Shown: in pieces, positions 1 to 20,354 of the stretch
How positions within the stretch are numbered: the stretch's first letter is position 1
How the letters are laid out: each line of letters begins with the position of its first letter
Notes under the pieces: model-generated
The model's database searches: none
The model's input: only the letters and a program-made list of their open reading frames with translations
Told to the model about the DNA's origin: nothing
From: Felis catus
Lineage: Eukaryota
Direction of reading: 5' to 3'
Assembly: GCF_018350175.1 (NCBI RefSeq)
Contig: NC_058382.1
Span: forward strand, 61,568,001-61,632,000
Length of the DNA stretch: 64,000 nucleotides
Program-made: the position numbers and the translations under genes

Positions 1-1604
1 TCCCATGACAGACTCTTGGTCGGTGCCCCCACATGTGGAGGGTGGTCAAGAAGCTGGTCCCTGGTGATGGACAGCCGCAGTGTGAGTCCTGGGACCACCC
101 CCACTGGCCGTGGCACCACCCTGTGGTCCTGGGAGCCTTTGCTCCCTTTGGAGTTCTCCATCAGGCGGAGAGAGTGGGAGGTGGAGTCCACAGAAGGCAT
201 AAAGCTGGGACGGGCCGGGGGGGGGGGGGGGTTGGTGTGTTCCATCATGTGCCTGGTTCCTGGGGGGTTTGGGCTTTTCGTCTTCTATGGTGGGGGTTGC
301 TAGGCGTTGCCCCGCGGGAGCCCTTCCCTGTGTCCACCAGAAGATGGGACAGGAACGCCTGGCGGGTCTGGGGAGACGTCCAGGGTGCTCTGTACGCCAA
401 GGACCGCTGCTCGCACCCGCATGGCTGTCTGAGCGCGAAGCAGAGGAAAGCAGGAAAGCACACGCAGAATTCACTGATGGTCATGGGGTGGCTCCCAGGG
501 CAGGGGGGATGCCCCAGGGGTTCTGGTGCAGTTCATGTTTGATGGCTTGATCTGGGTGCTGCTTTCCTGGCTGTGTGGAGGTTGGGGCACCCACTCACCT
601 GCACTTTTTATGATTTGTGTACTTCTCACGTATGAGGTACTTCAATAAAGAGCACAAACCAAAGGGGGTAAAGGAGCTTTGTGAGTTGTGTGATGAGTAA
701 TACAAGCGGGTACTGACGTGTGGTTACACGTGTGGGCCCTGCCATCAGAGGCCACCTGGCTTCAATGGGAATGTGACAGATACGCTCCAAACACCGAGAC
801 CTCCCTCCAGGTCCCCTCCTGGCCCCACCACCACCACAGAACGAGCCACTCCCCTTTCTCGCTCCGGATTTTCTCTGCCTGTCAACCAACAGTTCGATTC
901 CCCTGCCCACCCTCGCCCTTTAGAGGAGAGATGGCAGTCTTCGAGATGGCAGTCTTCGGTGAGAAAGCGCTGGGAGCACTCTGGGGCGAGGTGCCCGCAG
1001 GCTGCGCGGTGGCTCGGGCAGCGCACCACGTGGTCGCAGACCGAGGTCTGCCCTTGAAGTGGTTTCTTCCGCAGAGGAAATGGGGGCCTGCCCCTCCCCC
1101 AGTGGAGGATGAGGCAGAGCAAAAGGCTGTTGTGACCAGGATGCCCTGCAGCAGGTCTCAGTGAAGGGGGTGGGGTTCATGGGGGCAGGGGCTACCCTTC
1201 GCATTTAACATGGGGGTGTTGCAGGCCGGGGGTGGTCAACAGCCAATGGCTGTTCCCAAGGCAGAGGGGTATCAGGTGGGTGTCAGGGATCAGAGATGGC
1301 TCCAGGAAGGAGGTGGTGTTTGCAGCGGGCCTGGAGGAGGGTTAGAAGTCTTGGGGTAGATTTAGAGGAGAACCCCCCCCCTCACCCGTCCCCGCGCCAC
1401 ACGCAAACAGATGCCGGGAACAGAGCCAGGCTGGGAGTGATGGTGGAGCACAGGTGACGGGAGATCCCCAGCCGAGCCCTGAAGGGGCCCTTGAAGGTCC
1501 AGGGCCCTTGGAGTGAGGACGGCCCTGGATGCCATTTGTGTTGCCTGGCAGCAGGCCGGGGTACCATGGGTGCTCTCTGATGGTGCGTCCAGGGTGCACG
1601 CCCA

Positions 1605-1611
1605 TCATGTG
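1605..1611 (+). promoter_or_regulatory. M-box-type E-box (TCATGTG), candidate MITF site in the MC1R promoter
   Basis: TCATGTG about 440 bp upstream of the MC1R ATG. MITF is known to activate MC1R through a proximal CATGTG E-box; function of this copy is inferred. Confidence 0.55.
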
Positions 1612-2044
1612 GCCGCCCTCAGGAGGAGGGGCTCCGGGGACTTGGAAGAACCGGAGAAAGGCTTCATTCTTTCTGGGACCTCAGCCCACCCCGGGCCTGG
1701 GGAAGCAGGAGGCCTGGCCGGCCACGAGGCAGCAAGAGGCATAGAAAAACGTATGTCCGGACCCGAGCCACCGCACCTCCACGGAAGAGGTGGGGAGGTG
1801 GGCCGAGGGTCCAGAGAGACTAGAGGGTTGGTACAAGGGAGCTTGGGGTCCTGGCCGAGAAGTGACCGCTCTGGTGGGAGGCTGGGGTCTTTCCAGCTGC
1901 ATTGTGCCTGAGCTGACATTTGTCCGGACGGGGAGAGGGTGACTGCGAGGGCGGCCCCGGGGGGACCGATGAAGCCTGCTGGAAGCACCACTGCTGAGCA
2001 GGACGCCGCAGAGTGAGGCCCCGTTCCTGTTCCCTGGCGGGACT

Positions 2045-2998
2045 ATGTCCGTGCAGGGCCCCCAGAGGAGGCTGCTGGGCTCCCTCAACTCCACCTCCCC
2101 AGCCGCCCCGCGCCTCGGGCTGGCCGCCAACCAGACAGGGCCCCGGTGCCTGGAGCTGTCCGTGCCCGACGGACTCTTTCTCGGCCTGGGGCTGGTGAGC
2201 GTGGTGGAGAACGTGCTGGTGGTGGCCGCCATTGCCAAGAACCGCAACCTGCACTCGCCCATGTATTACTTCATCTGTTGCCTGGCCGTGTCCGACCTGC
2301 TGGTGAGCGTGAGCAGTGTGCTGGAGACGGCCGTCATGCTGCTGCTGGAGGCAGGCGCCCTGGCCGGCCGGGCCGCCGTGGTGCAGCGGCTGGACGACAT
2401 CATTGACGTGCTGGTCTGTGGCGCCATGGTGTCGAGCCTCTGCTTCCTGGGCGCCATCGCCGTGGACCGCTACATTTCCATCTTCTACGCGCTGCGGTAC
2501 CACAGCATCGTCACGCTGCCCCGGGCGTGGCGGGCTATCTCAGCTATCTGGGTGGCTAGCGTCCTCTCCAGCACGCTCTTCATCGCCTACTACGATCACA
2601 CGGCCGTCCTGCTCTGTCTCGTCAGCTTCTTTGTAGCCATGCTGGTGCTCATGGCCGTGCTGTACGTCCACATGCTCGCCCGGGCGTGCCAGCACGCCCG
2701 GGGCATCGCCCGGCTCCATAAGCGGCAGCGCCCCGTCCACCAGGGCTTGGGCCTCAAGGGCGCGGCCACGCTCACCATCCTGCTGGGCATTTTCTTTCTC
2801 TGCTGGGGCCCCTTCTTCCTGCACCTCTCGCTCATGGTCCTCTGCCCTCGACACCCCATCTGTGGCTGCGTCTTCAAGAACTTCAACCTCTTCCTCACCC
2901 TCATCATCTGCAACTCCATCGTCGACCCCCTCATCTACGCCTTCCGCAGCCAGGAGCTCCGGAAGACGCTCCAAGAGGTGCTGCTGTGCTCATGGTGA
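2045..2998 (+). CDS. MC1R: Melanocortin 1 receptor (MSH receptor), intronless 7-TM GPCR, 317 aa
   Basis: [20 protein letters not shown]...EVLLCSW with melanocortin motifs NLHSPMY, DRY(141-143), [13 protein letters not shown] and C-terminal palmitoylation Cys315; start context ACTATG. Confidence 0.99.
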   Translation: MSVQGPQRRLLGSLNSTSPAAPRLGLAANQTGPRCLELSVPDGLFLGLGLVSVVENVLVVAAIAKNRNLHSPMYYFICCLAVSDLLVSVSSVLETAVMLLLEAGALAGRAAVVQRLDDIIDVLVCGAMVSSLCFLGAIAVDRYISIFYALRYHSIVTLPRAWRAISAIWVASVLSSTLFIAYYDHTAVLLCLVSFFVAMLVLMAVLYVHMLARACQHARGIARLHKRQRPVHQGLGLKGAATLTILLGIFFLCWGPFFLHLSLMVLCPRHPICGCVFKNFNLFLTLIICNSIVDPLIYAFRSQELRKTLQEVLLCSW

Positions 2999-3702
2999 GG
3001 CTGCGGGCTCGGGGCCAGGGTGCCTGGCAGAGGGAGGTGGGGATATCCTATGGCCTGATTCCCGTGCGACAGGGGCAGGCACTTGCCAAAGGGGACGGAT
3101 GAGCCGATCTCTGGCGGTGCGGAGGCACGGACCCTCTGGGGCCCGAGAAGGGAGAGAGCACAGACCTCCAGGAGTTGCTGCGGAGACCGGAGGCTGGGGA
3201 GATGGCGGGGCCGCAGGCACTAGAGGTGGGTCCTGGGCCCCTGGACGGGGACCCTGCCCACCCCTGGAGCGCTCCACCTCCAGCCGGGCACCAGGCGAGG
3301 ACACCCCCCTTTGCTGCCAAGTCTATGGATCTGTGCCCCTTGGCCTGTCGGGATGTGAAGTCTCCGTGTGGGCCGAATGACAAGCGCTGCTCCCCGGGAG
3401 GGCCTCTGGAAAAGGGACTTTGTGAGCAGCAGGACCTGGCTTCGCAGGCCTGCTTCAGGAAGAAGTGAGCTGCTGGTTCAGGCAGAGGGACCGTGTCTGC
3501 ACGGGCTCCGGCGGAGGGCGGGGCTGATCTAAGGCTCAGCGGTGACCAGAGAGCATGGGGGCTGGGGGTGGCCATCTGTGTGCACCCCACGTATCTGGCA
3601 GACGGCGCCGGCCAGTGCCTGCTCAGGCCAAGGCGGGGGTTGTCGGCCTGAAGCAGTGAGCCAGTGTCAGCCCAGGGTCTCAGGGCTGGGAAGTGGCCCG
3701 GT

Positions 3703-3815
3703 AATAAATGCTGGGCTCGCTGCATCACCTCCACCGTCCGTCTTGCCTCTTTCTGGAAATTGCTTGAAGCCAGAGGGAGGAGGAAGGGGGAGGGGCAGGG
3801 GTGGGGTTGAGGGTG
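3703..3815 (+). terminator. MC1R poly(A) signal AATAAA (3703-3708) with downstream G-rich element (~3774-3815)
   Basis: First AATAAA 3' of the MC1R stop, followed by multiple G-runs, the arrangement described for the weak human MC1R poly(A) site. Confidence 0.7.
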
Positions 3816-3891
3816 ATGAACAGGGTGAAGTGAGTCCCAGAAACCAGCCAGAAACCGTGGCTGGCCTGCCCAGGTGAAGAAGCCACAGCCC

Positions 3892-4273
3892 TGAGTGACT
3901 CAGTCAGCTAAGCATCCCACTCCTGATTTCGGCACAGGTCATGGTCTCACCCTTCATGGGACGGAGCCCTGCACGGGGCTCCGCGCTGACAGCACAGCGC
4001 CTGCTTGGGATTCTTCCTCCCTCTCTCTCCACCCCTCCCCTGCTCATTCCCTCTCTCTCTCTCTCAAAATAAATAAATATGTTTAAAAAAAAAGGCATAA
4101 ACATAAGAGACTCTTAAATATGGAGAACAAACAGTTACGGGAGGGGTTGTGGGAGGGGGGATGGGCTAAATGGGGAAGGGGCACTAAGGAATGTACTCCT
4201 GAAATCATTGTTGCACTAGATGCTAACTAACTTGGATATAAATTAAAAAAAAATAAAAAGAAAGAAAGGAGAA
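3892..4273 (+). mobile_element. Composite insertion: CAN-SINE (~3892-4092) followed by a LINE-1 3'UTR tail (~4095-4273)
   Basis: tRNA-derived head, (CT)n and A-tail, then the carnivore L1 3' end (CATAAGAGACTCTTAAA...G-rich tract...GAAATCATTGTTGCAC...A-tail). Near-identical flanks AAGCCACAGCCC / AAGCCATAGCCC resemble one TSD. Confidence 0.75.
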
Positions 4274-5294
4274 AAAAGCCATAGCCCCAAAGGACCCAGA
4301 GTGCCTGAAGCCCGGCCCAGGGGGAGAGTGTGGCGGGAGGGGGGGGGGGCACTCACACCTGCTCTGAGCCCGTGTCCGGTTTTCTCTTCATGGTGCAAAC
4401 CCCCAGCTCAGAGCAACCAGAGTAAAGAGACAGCAGGAGCAGCAGCCGCACCACCCCAGACACCTCCATGGTGACACGACTCGGCACTGTCCAGGCTGCA
4501 GCCAAAGCTGGACCCCCGTGACGCATCTGTGACCTCAGCCCGAGCACATCCCTCTCTCGGCCCAGTCATGGCACCCCTCCTCCGTGTCTGCTCTGAACAA
4601 CATGGAGGGGCCCACAGTGTGGAGTGGGCTGGGGGCTGGGGTCTGCTCTCCCCCCAGCACTGCCCTTCTGGAAGGGGGGTTAGGACTCAGCCAGCTCTGG
4701 GAAGTGTTTGAGGCAAGGCCTCCCCGAATGGAGTAAGTCTGTCCAAGGCCTGTCCAAGTCCACACCCCAAGGGAGTGGACATCCGGGGTGAACCATGCTG
4801 CCTGGTGCCAGAAAGCCTTGGGTCCCCCGTCTGTTGCGATCCTGGGTTTCTCACTGAAGAGCCCACCTGGTTTGCTCCACACATACTGAGCGCACAGACG
4901 ACCCCCTCCTCAGACAGGTTCGGCGGAGGCCAAAGTGACGGTACCAGCCAGTTTGAAGGCAGGTCTAGTAACGCTGAGGGCTCCTGCAGCCCCCGGCCAG
5001 CCGCCCCGCAGCGCTGCCCCAGCCAGTCCCCACCCATGCTGGCAGCTTCAGCCCAGACTGCTGGCCTCAAGGCCAGGAGCTTGTTCCCGGCAGGGCCAGC
5101 CTTTGCTGGGAGACAGGATGGTGAGTCAGCTTTGAACCTGGCACCAGAGCCCTCTGGGGATGGAGGGAGAGCTGGCCTGGCCTGATGCCATCACTCAGGG
5201 AGGCAGGGCATGTGGGTAATGGGTCCTGGCCAGCAGGATGCTGCAAAGCTTCTTCCTTCGCTCAGACGGGGAGGTGCAGCCAGCTCCGGGGAAG

Positions 5295-5542
5295 AGCCAA
5301 ACGCTCACCAACGACCCCCTGAACAGGGTGTGTGGGGGGGGGGGGGAGGCAGGGAGGGGCCCCAGGCAGCCAGAAGCCAAGGCTCACCAACGACCCCCTG
5401 AACAGGGGGTGTGGTGGTGGAGGGGGGAGGCAGGGAGGGGCCCCAGGCAGCCAGAAGCCAAGGCTCACCAACGACCCCCTGAACAGGGGGTGTGGTGGTG
5501 GAGGGGGGAGGCAGGGAGGGGCCCCAGGCAGCCAGAAGCCAA
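5295..5542 (+). repeat. G-rich minisatellite, 3 copies of ~81 bp plus a partial copy
   Basis: Unit AGCCAAGGCTCACCAACGACCCCCTGAACAGGGGGTGTGGTGGTGGAGGGGGGAGGCAGGGAGGGGCCCCAGGCAGCCAGA starts at 5295 (80 bp variant), 5375, 5456 and 5537 (partial). Confidence 0.95.
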
Positions 5543-6908
5543 CCACAGAAAGCCACATCGTGGACATGTTGTGGGGGAGGGGTGTCTCTGGAGAACAAAA
5601 GACCCATTTCTGGACTAGCCAAACTGGAGAGCTTCAGGAGGGAAAGAGGGGCTTGTGCACAGCCACGCCCAGGGAACACACAGGCGCACCGCCGACTGCT
5701 TGTGGAACCTCCGGGCACTGTGACTGAGGCCCTGGAAGATTTTCTTACTGAAACATCAGAAGGACCTTATTATAAGGTGGTTTCAGTACGATGTCTGACC
5801 CCAGGGGAACATCGAGCCAGTGGCATATGTACGTGCAGCACAACGTCCGCACGGCTCGTCTGCTCCTTTCTCTCCCTTCTTTTCTGACCAGGGGACCCCC
5901 TCCCAGTTTTTCCCCCGAGAGCCCCACCCCCTCTGCCTTAGGCACACACCATCTCACCACATAGACCCCCACCCCCCCACCACCAGGTTGTGCTGGCCTC
6001 ACTTGGACCAAGGGTCTAGGGGTACAAGTGAAGTCACGAGGTGAGCCAGACAGAACCCACTGCCCACCATCCCCCACCCTGTCAGTCCCTGGACTGGCTT
6101 GTGTCCTTATGACCATTCCTGACACCGGTATTCACTGAGCCGCGGACACATGGCAGGCGCCGTGACATGTGCAAGGTCCGTCTGGAACGGCGTGGCAGGC
6201 CCCTGGGGGAGGAGGAGGCAGGATCGCAACCCCCACTGCAGAAGCTGCCACCCTCACCCACCGCCCTTCTGACTCCGCGTTTCTGAGCCCTGCCCCAAGC
6301 TCTCTTCTGGAGGGTTCGGTGACTGCTGCAGCCTTTCCCCGCGTCCCCCACCCCTAAGGGATCCAGCAAAGCTCAGAGTACCTTGTTTGTCCCTTCATGC
6401 CCAAGACAGGGAGCTGAGAGGCGTCCATCTCGGTCTTTTGGGGTGGGAACGTGGGGGTGGTCCCTGAACGGGAGTGGGGGAGAAAGGCTGTCCTTGCAAA
6501 GCCTCAGGGTGGGGCTGCCGCTGCGCTGGGACCGGGGAGGGCGGCCTAGGCGGCGTCCGAGAGCCGAGAGGGGCCTCTATTGTCCTCCCCGGAGCCCGCC
6601 AGCCCCTCCTTTCAGTGTGCGGCCCACCCCACCCCCCGCCCCCCGCCCCCCGCGGGCCCCCAGACCCCGGCGGCGGCGGGAGGAGGCGCCGCAGCGCGCG
6701 GCCGAGTGGGGATGCGCGGTGCTGATGGTGCAGGCCGGTGCCGCATTCTGCGGCGGCGCCCTCCGATTGGCCGCGCCCGGTGACGCCAGGCCGGGCGCGG
6801 CGGGCGGGGCCCGGCCTATAAGAGCGGGCGGCGGGGACGCCCGAGCCTCCGCAGCCAGCCCCGGCCTGTACGCGCGTGTCCCGCAGCCGCCCGCCGCCCG
6901 CACCGAGC

Positions 6909-16107
<9,199 letters not shown>

Positions 16108-16247
16108 AGCGGCTGGAGGGGCGAGCCGGGCTGCGGCCAGGGCCACGAGGCCTGTCCCCTGGCGCCACGTCGCTACTGACACCACCCCCAGGCTTGCCCC
16201 CACCAGCTCTGCTCACAGCACCCTAGGGCTCCCAAGAGCTTGTCCTC

Positions 16248-16254
16248 CAGTATT
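16248..16254 (+). promoter_or_regulatory. miR-200b/c/429 seed match (CAGTATT) in the TUBB3 3'UTR
   Basis: 7-mer complementary to seed AAUACUG; miR-200c repression of TUBB3 is established in human cells. Confidence 0.6.
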
Positions 16255-16430
16255 TACGGCATCCCCACCCCATGTGAGTCCTGTCTTCCCGCCATAGGTC
16301 ACCTCCATTTTTGTGTCTGCTTTATTGTCAGCTGCAGGCCTGATGTTTTATGGCTTATTTTGTTTCTTTTGTTTTTGTTTTTTTGGTTTTTTACTGGTTT
16401 GTGTTTATATTTTTGGGGGAGGGGATACTT

Positions 16431-16436
16431 AATAAA
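16431..16436 (+). terminator. TUBB3 poly(A) signal AATAAA
   Basis: AATAAA about 325 nt after the stop, preceded by a U-rich tract. Confidence 0.85.
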
Positions 16437-18301
16437 TTTATTGCTGTCAGATATCCCTGCCTGGTGCTGGAGATTTCATTTTGTTCTGGAAAGTTGGGTC
16501 TGAAGGGGTGAGGAGGGGCAGACGGGGAGGTCTGTGTGGGAGCAGGGCAAAGAGGCATCGTCTCCCAGGCCGGTGGCTGAGAAGGGCTATGCTCAGAGGC
16601 TGCCGGTGAGTCAAGGCTCAGCCCCTGGGGAGCTTCTGGAAGGGGGTCCTGGAGACGGAGGCTCATCCCGAACACCAGGTGCAGCTCACCCTAGATTGAG
16701 AACTATCTCTAGTCTCCCACAGGGAGACGTACTCCGGCGCTTCTGTCTGGTTTACCTGTGTGCTGGAAGTTAGGGTGCAGACAGCCAGAGACCCCAGTGG
16801 GGGTTGGAAGGGAGGACTTTGAACAAACCCCCCCCCACCCCCACCGCCCGGAAAACTATGGTGTGTTGGAGGATTGTGTCTTGGGCCCTGGGAAGGGGCT
16901 GGTGGGGGTTCGGGAGCCAGGGCCCCCGCACCCAGGCACACCCCTGGCAAGGAGCAATGTGCTGGCCCTAGGCGCCCCCTGGTGGCACTCCTGTGGCTGT
17001 AGGGCGACCAGTGTCCAACTACAAGGGTTTTGGACCCAAAAAGAGTTGAGACACCTGCCCAATGTTGAGAAAAGTCCTTCTGGCTCCTGACATTCACAGA
17101 TGATCCTCCTGGGCCCCAGGTCCACTGTCTTACTGGGGCTCCTCCTGAGAGCTCAACACAGACACCTCAGGGAACCTTCACGATGATGCTACGAGGAACA
17201 TGTCATTATTACCACATTTCACAGGCCAATAAATGGAGGCTCCGAGAAGTGAGGGCACTTGCCAGCTGGCAAGTTGCAGAGCCACGTGTCTGGCCCAAGG
17301 CTGTGCACGTCTCCACTTAGCTTAAAACGGCCCCAAACTGCCCTTCCCTCCCGAGCACCTGCACCCACAAGAACTTCCTCTTCCTCCACATCTCTCCGAT
17401 GAGCCTGGCCTGCCTGGGTCACCCTGCCTTTGTGGGGCTGGCTCCCGGGCCAATCCCTCCCTTCCTTCTCCCAAGGCCCACAACCCGGCTTAGCGCCAGC
17501 GTGCAGGGCCAGTTTGTGAGGACTGTGGTGGTGGGGGGGGGGGGGTGTGGGGAGGTGAAGGCGTGGGAGCCCATCGCTTCCGGCCCCCTAGCACATCTCT
17601 GCTTCTCTGCAGACTTCTGTGGGAGGGGCTTCGTGCTTCCTTTTTTCCAGCCCTCTCCCCTCTCCTTCAACTGACTCTCCCCCATGAACCTCTAGCTTCA
17701 GTTTCTTATGAGGAGTAATTTAGGTCTCTGCTGTTTTCCACACTGCAGATATGGGGCAGAAACCAGCCAGCCCTGTGCTCTACGTGAGTTCCTGACTCAC
17801 AGATTCCCGAAGCATAATGAAATGGCTGATGCTTTATGCCATTGAGTTTCCGAGGGGTTTATTACACAACAGAAAGCAGGAACACGCGTGGGGAGTGGCT
17901 AGAACAGCATGTGGCCCATAATAAAGGCCACAAATGTAAGCTCTTAAGTGTATCTGTTATTGTTAGTAAAGGGAATTTGTCTCCAGAGGGGCACCGGCAT
18001 GAGGGCGCAGGAGAGGCCAGCTCAGTGGCTGCCCAGTCTTGCAGACCCTCCTACGAGAGCTCTGATTGGCCCAGCCCCCTTCAGTGGGAATGACCCTATT
18101 GGCTGGCATTTGGGACGGCCACTTCATTGGCTACCTCACCCTTAGGTCCGCCTGTCCATTTCAGCCTAGGTGAAGGACCGGGGGTGTCCGGACCTGGGCA
18201 CACTGCCAGCCCTCATGCGGGAGAAGCCTCAACCCTTCCTAACCCTCTGCCTGGTCCCCTGCAGGAGGTACTCGGGCCAGGAGTTTAGTTCACACTTGGA
18301 G

Positions 18302-18433
18302 AGGGCGGCCAGGACAGATACAGGACACCCAGTTAGTTAAGTTGGAATTTCAGACAAACAACAAGTAACCTTCCACTTGAGGGCATGATTATGCCGAGCA
18401 ATTATGCCTCAGTTGCTAAATCCAGTAATCCTA
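18302..18433. mobile_element. MER53-like hAT MITE relic
   Basis: AGGGCGGCCAG...GATACAGGACACCCAGTTA...GAATTTCAGACAAACAAC...TTGCTAAATCCAGTAATCCTA resembles the recalled MER53 consensus; internal palindrome. Confidence 0.55.
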
Positions 18434-19297
18434 GCCTGGGACTCTTCAGCAGCCCTGCAATTGGGCCAGGCAGGGTCAGGCAATCTTCAGCTCTTCACCT
18501 TCTTGTGTGCTCCTCGCGTGACCCTGTGAAGCAGACGAAGAAACTGAGGCAGGAGACAAGCAAAACTGTCCCAGGGTGTCCAGCTGCCAGTGGCAGGGCC
18601 ACAGTTTGAACGGAGGAGGCTGGGGGCTGAGTCGTCACCGTTCCCACCACCCCTGGGGACAGCAGCAACCTGAGGAGAGGAAGGTGAGTGCACCAAATGG
18701 AGGTGACCTCAGCTGCTGCCCCGCTCCTTATAGCCAGGCCATCTCCCCTCTTAAGAGCACTTTTCCCAGCCGCAAAGATCAGGTGCCTGCCTGGACTTTA
18801 GATTCATTGTGCTCGCACAAGTCTTTGAAAACTACTTGCTTAGATAATAACAAACACGAGTGTATGCACTGGAGGCTGCTGAGATCCAGCCTTTAGAGAC
18901 TGCCAGACGCAGCCGTCGCGGCCACCGCAAGTGGGGCGTGGGGCAGGGTGGGAGTTCTCCCACGTAAAGAATGAGCCAGGCTTCCGTGGGATTTGGAGGG
19001 ATGGCAGGCTCAGACAACACTGAACGAACTGAAGTCGAGTCATTGTGGCCCAGTGTGAAGATATGGACCTCTGACCAGGACTTGGAACTTGACCAGAATC
19101 CCACTTCCTGGGGAAGTACAGAGTTAAAGTAGATATGGGGTGTTGGGGAGCAGCTCACACTGGGGCTCCCCTGAGTCGGTGGCCAGTGTGACTTTCATAC
19201 CCCAGACGGGAGCTGGACACCCGTTGCCACTATTATGATCGCAAACACTGTTCCTCAGCCTGTGAGTTTCAAAAGCAGGGTTTCTCAGCATTGCACC

Positions 19298-19648
19298 TGC
19301 TATGGAATGAATGCTTGTGCCCCCCCCCCCCAAATTCGTATGTTGAGGTCCTAACCCTTATGTAATGGTACTAGGAAGTGGGGTGTTTGGGTCATAAGGG
19401 TAGAGCCAGCACGAATGGGATTAGTGCCCTTTTAAAGAGATCCCAGAGACTTCTGTCATCCTTTCCACCTTGTGAGGGCACCAGGAGACAGCAGCGGTCT
19501 GCAAACCAGAACAGTACCCTCACCGGCACCCAGCCGTTCTCGTGCTCCGACCTCAGACTTCCAGCCTCCAGAGCTGTGAGCGATAAATTGTTTATAAGTC
19601 ACCCAGCCTGTGGTGCTCTGTTATAGCAGCTTGAACAAACTCAGAGCA
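19298..19648 (+). mobile_element. MLT1A/B-type MaLR solo LTR
   Basis: TG...CA ends; TGCTATGG...AAATTCGTATGTTGA...GGGATTAGTGCCCT...GACTTCCAGCCTCCAGA...TGTTATAGCAGC matches the MLT1 pattern. Confidence 0.75.
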
Positions 19649-20354
19649 ACCTTAATGCTAATTCACAAAAGCCATTTTTACAGGTGTACCACGCTTGGTC
19701 TGTGACAAGTGCTCGGCTGAGATGGTGTCATTTACCGCTCCTGGCAGGGTCATAATTCATACCCGGTCTTCATCTCTGAGCCCACCAGCCAGGAAGCTCA
19801 TCACCAGGGGCCCTAAGGTGTGCGTAGGAGGGCATCACACAGCAGGACTCTGGTGGCAACATTCAAGGTCCTGAGTTTGAAGACGCCAGCCCAGCAAAGC
19901 TGCTGCTGCTCCGCGGAGGCCAAACATGAGTGGTCAGATGTGGAGTGGGACTTCCTGGTCCCGGAGCCGATATGGAATGCTTCCATGTGGTTCCTGTCTC
20001 CTTCTCTGAGGGTGTTTGGTGGAGGACCGGATTCGTTGCCAGCAGAAACCATTTGTGACAGTCCTGGAGTCTTAGAGTCTCCCTCCAGGATCCCCCCACT
20101 TTCCAGCACCCGTCGTATGTGTAATAACCTTCAGTTTTCCAGGATGGCTGAATGTCACAGGAAAATTATAGAACAAAAATTAATAAAGAGAGAAAATGCG
20201 AGAGTCGCCCGTGGTTGCAGTGACGCTGGAAACTGGCCAGCATACCCCAGAGAGGGGAGCGGGGGAATGTCCAGACCCTCCCTGGAGCCCTGGCCTGGCC
20301 TCTCTCTGGCTGTGCTCCTGGCTAAGTCTCTGGCTGCAGGGGGTTAGGGGTGAG

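Noticed and set aside
1..700. 3' end of upstream TCF25 (AATAAA at 644-649)
   Set aside because: Synteny makes it plausible, but no TCF25 coding exon is recognisable in the window.
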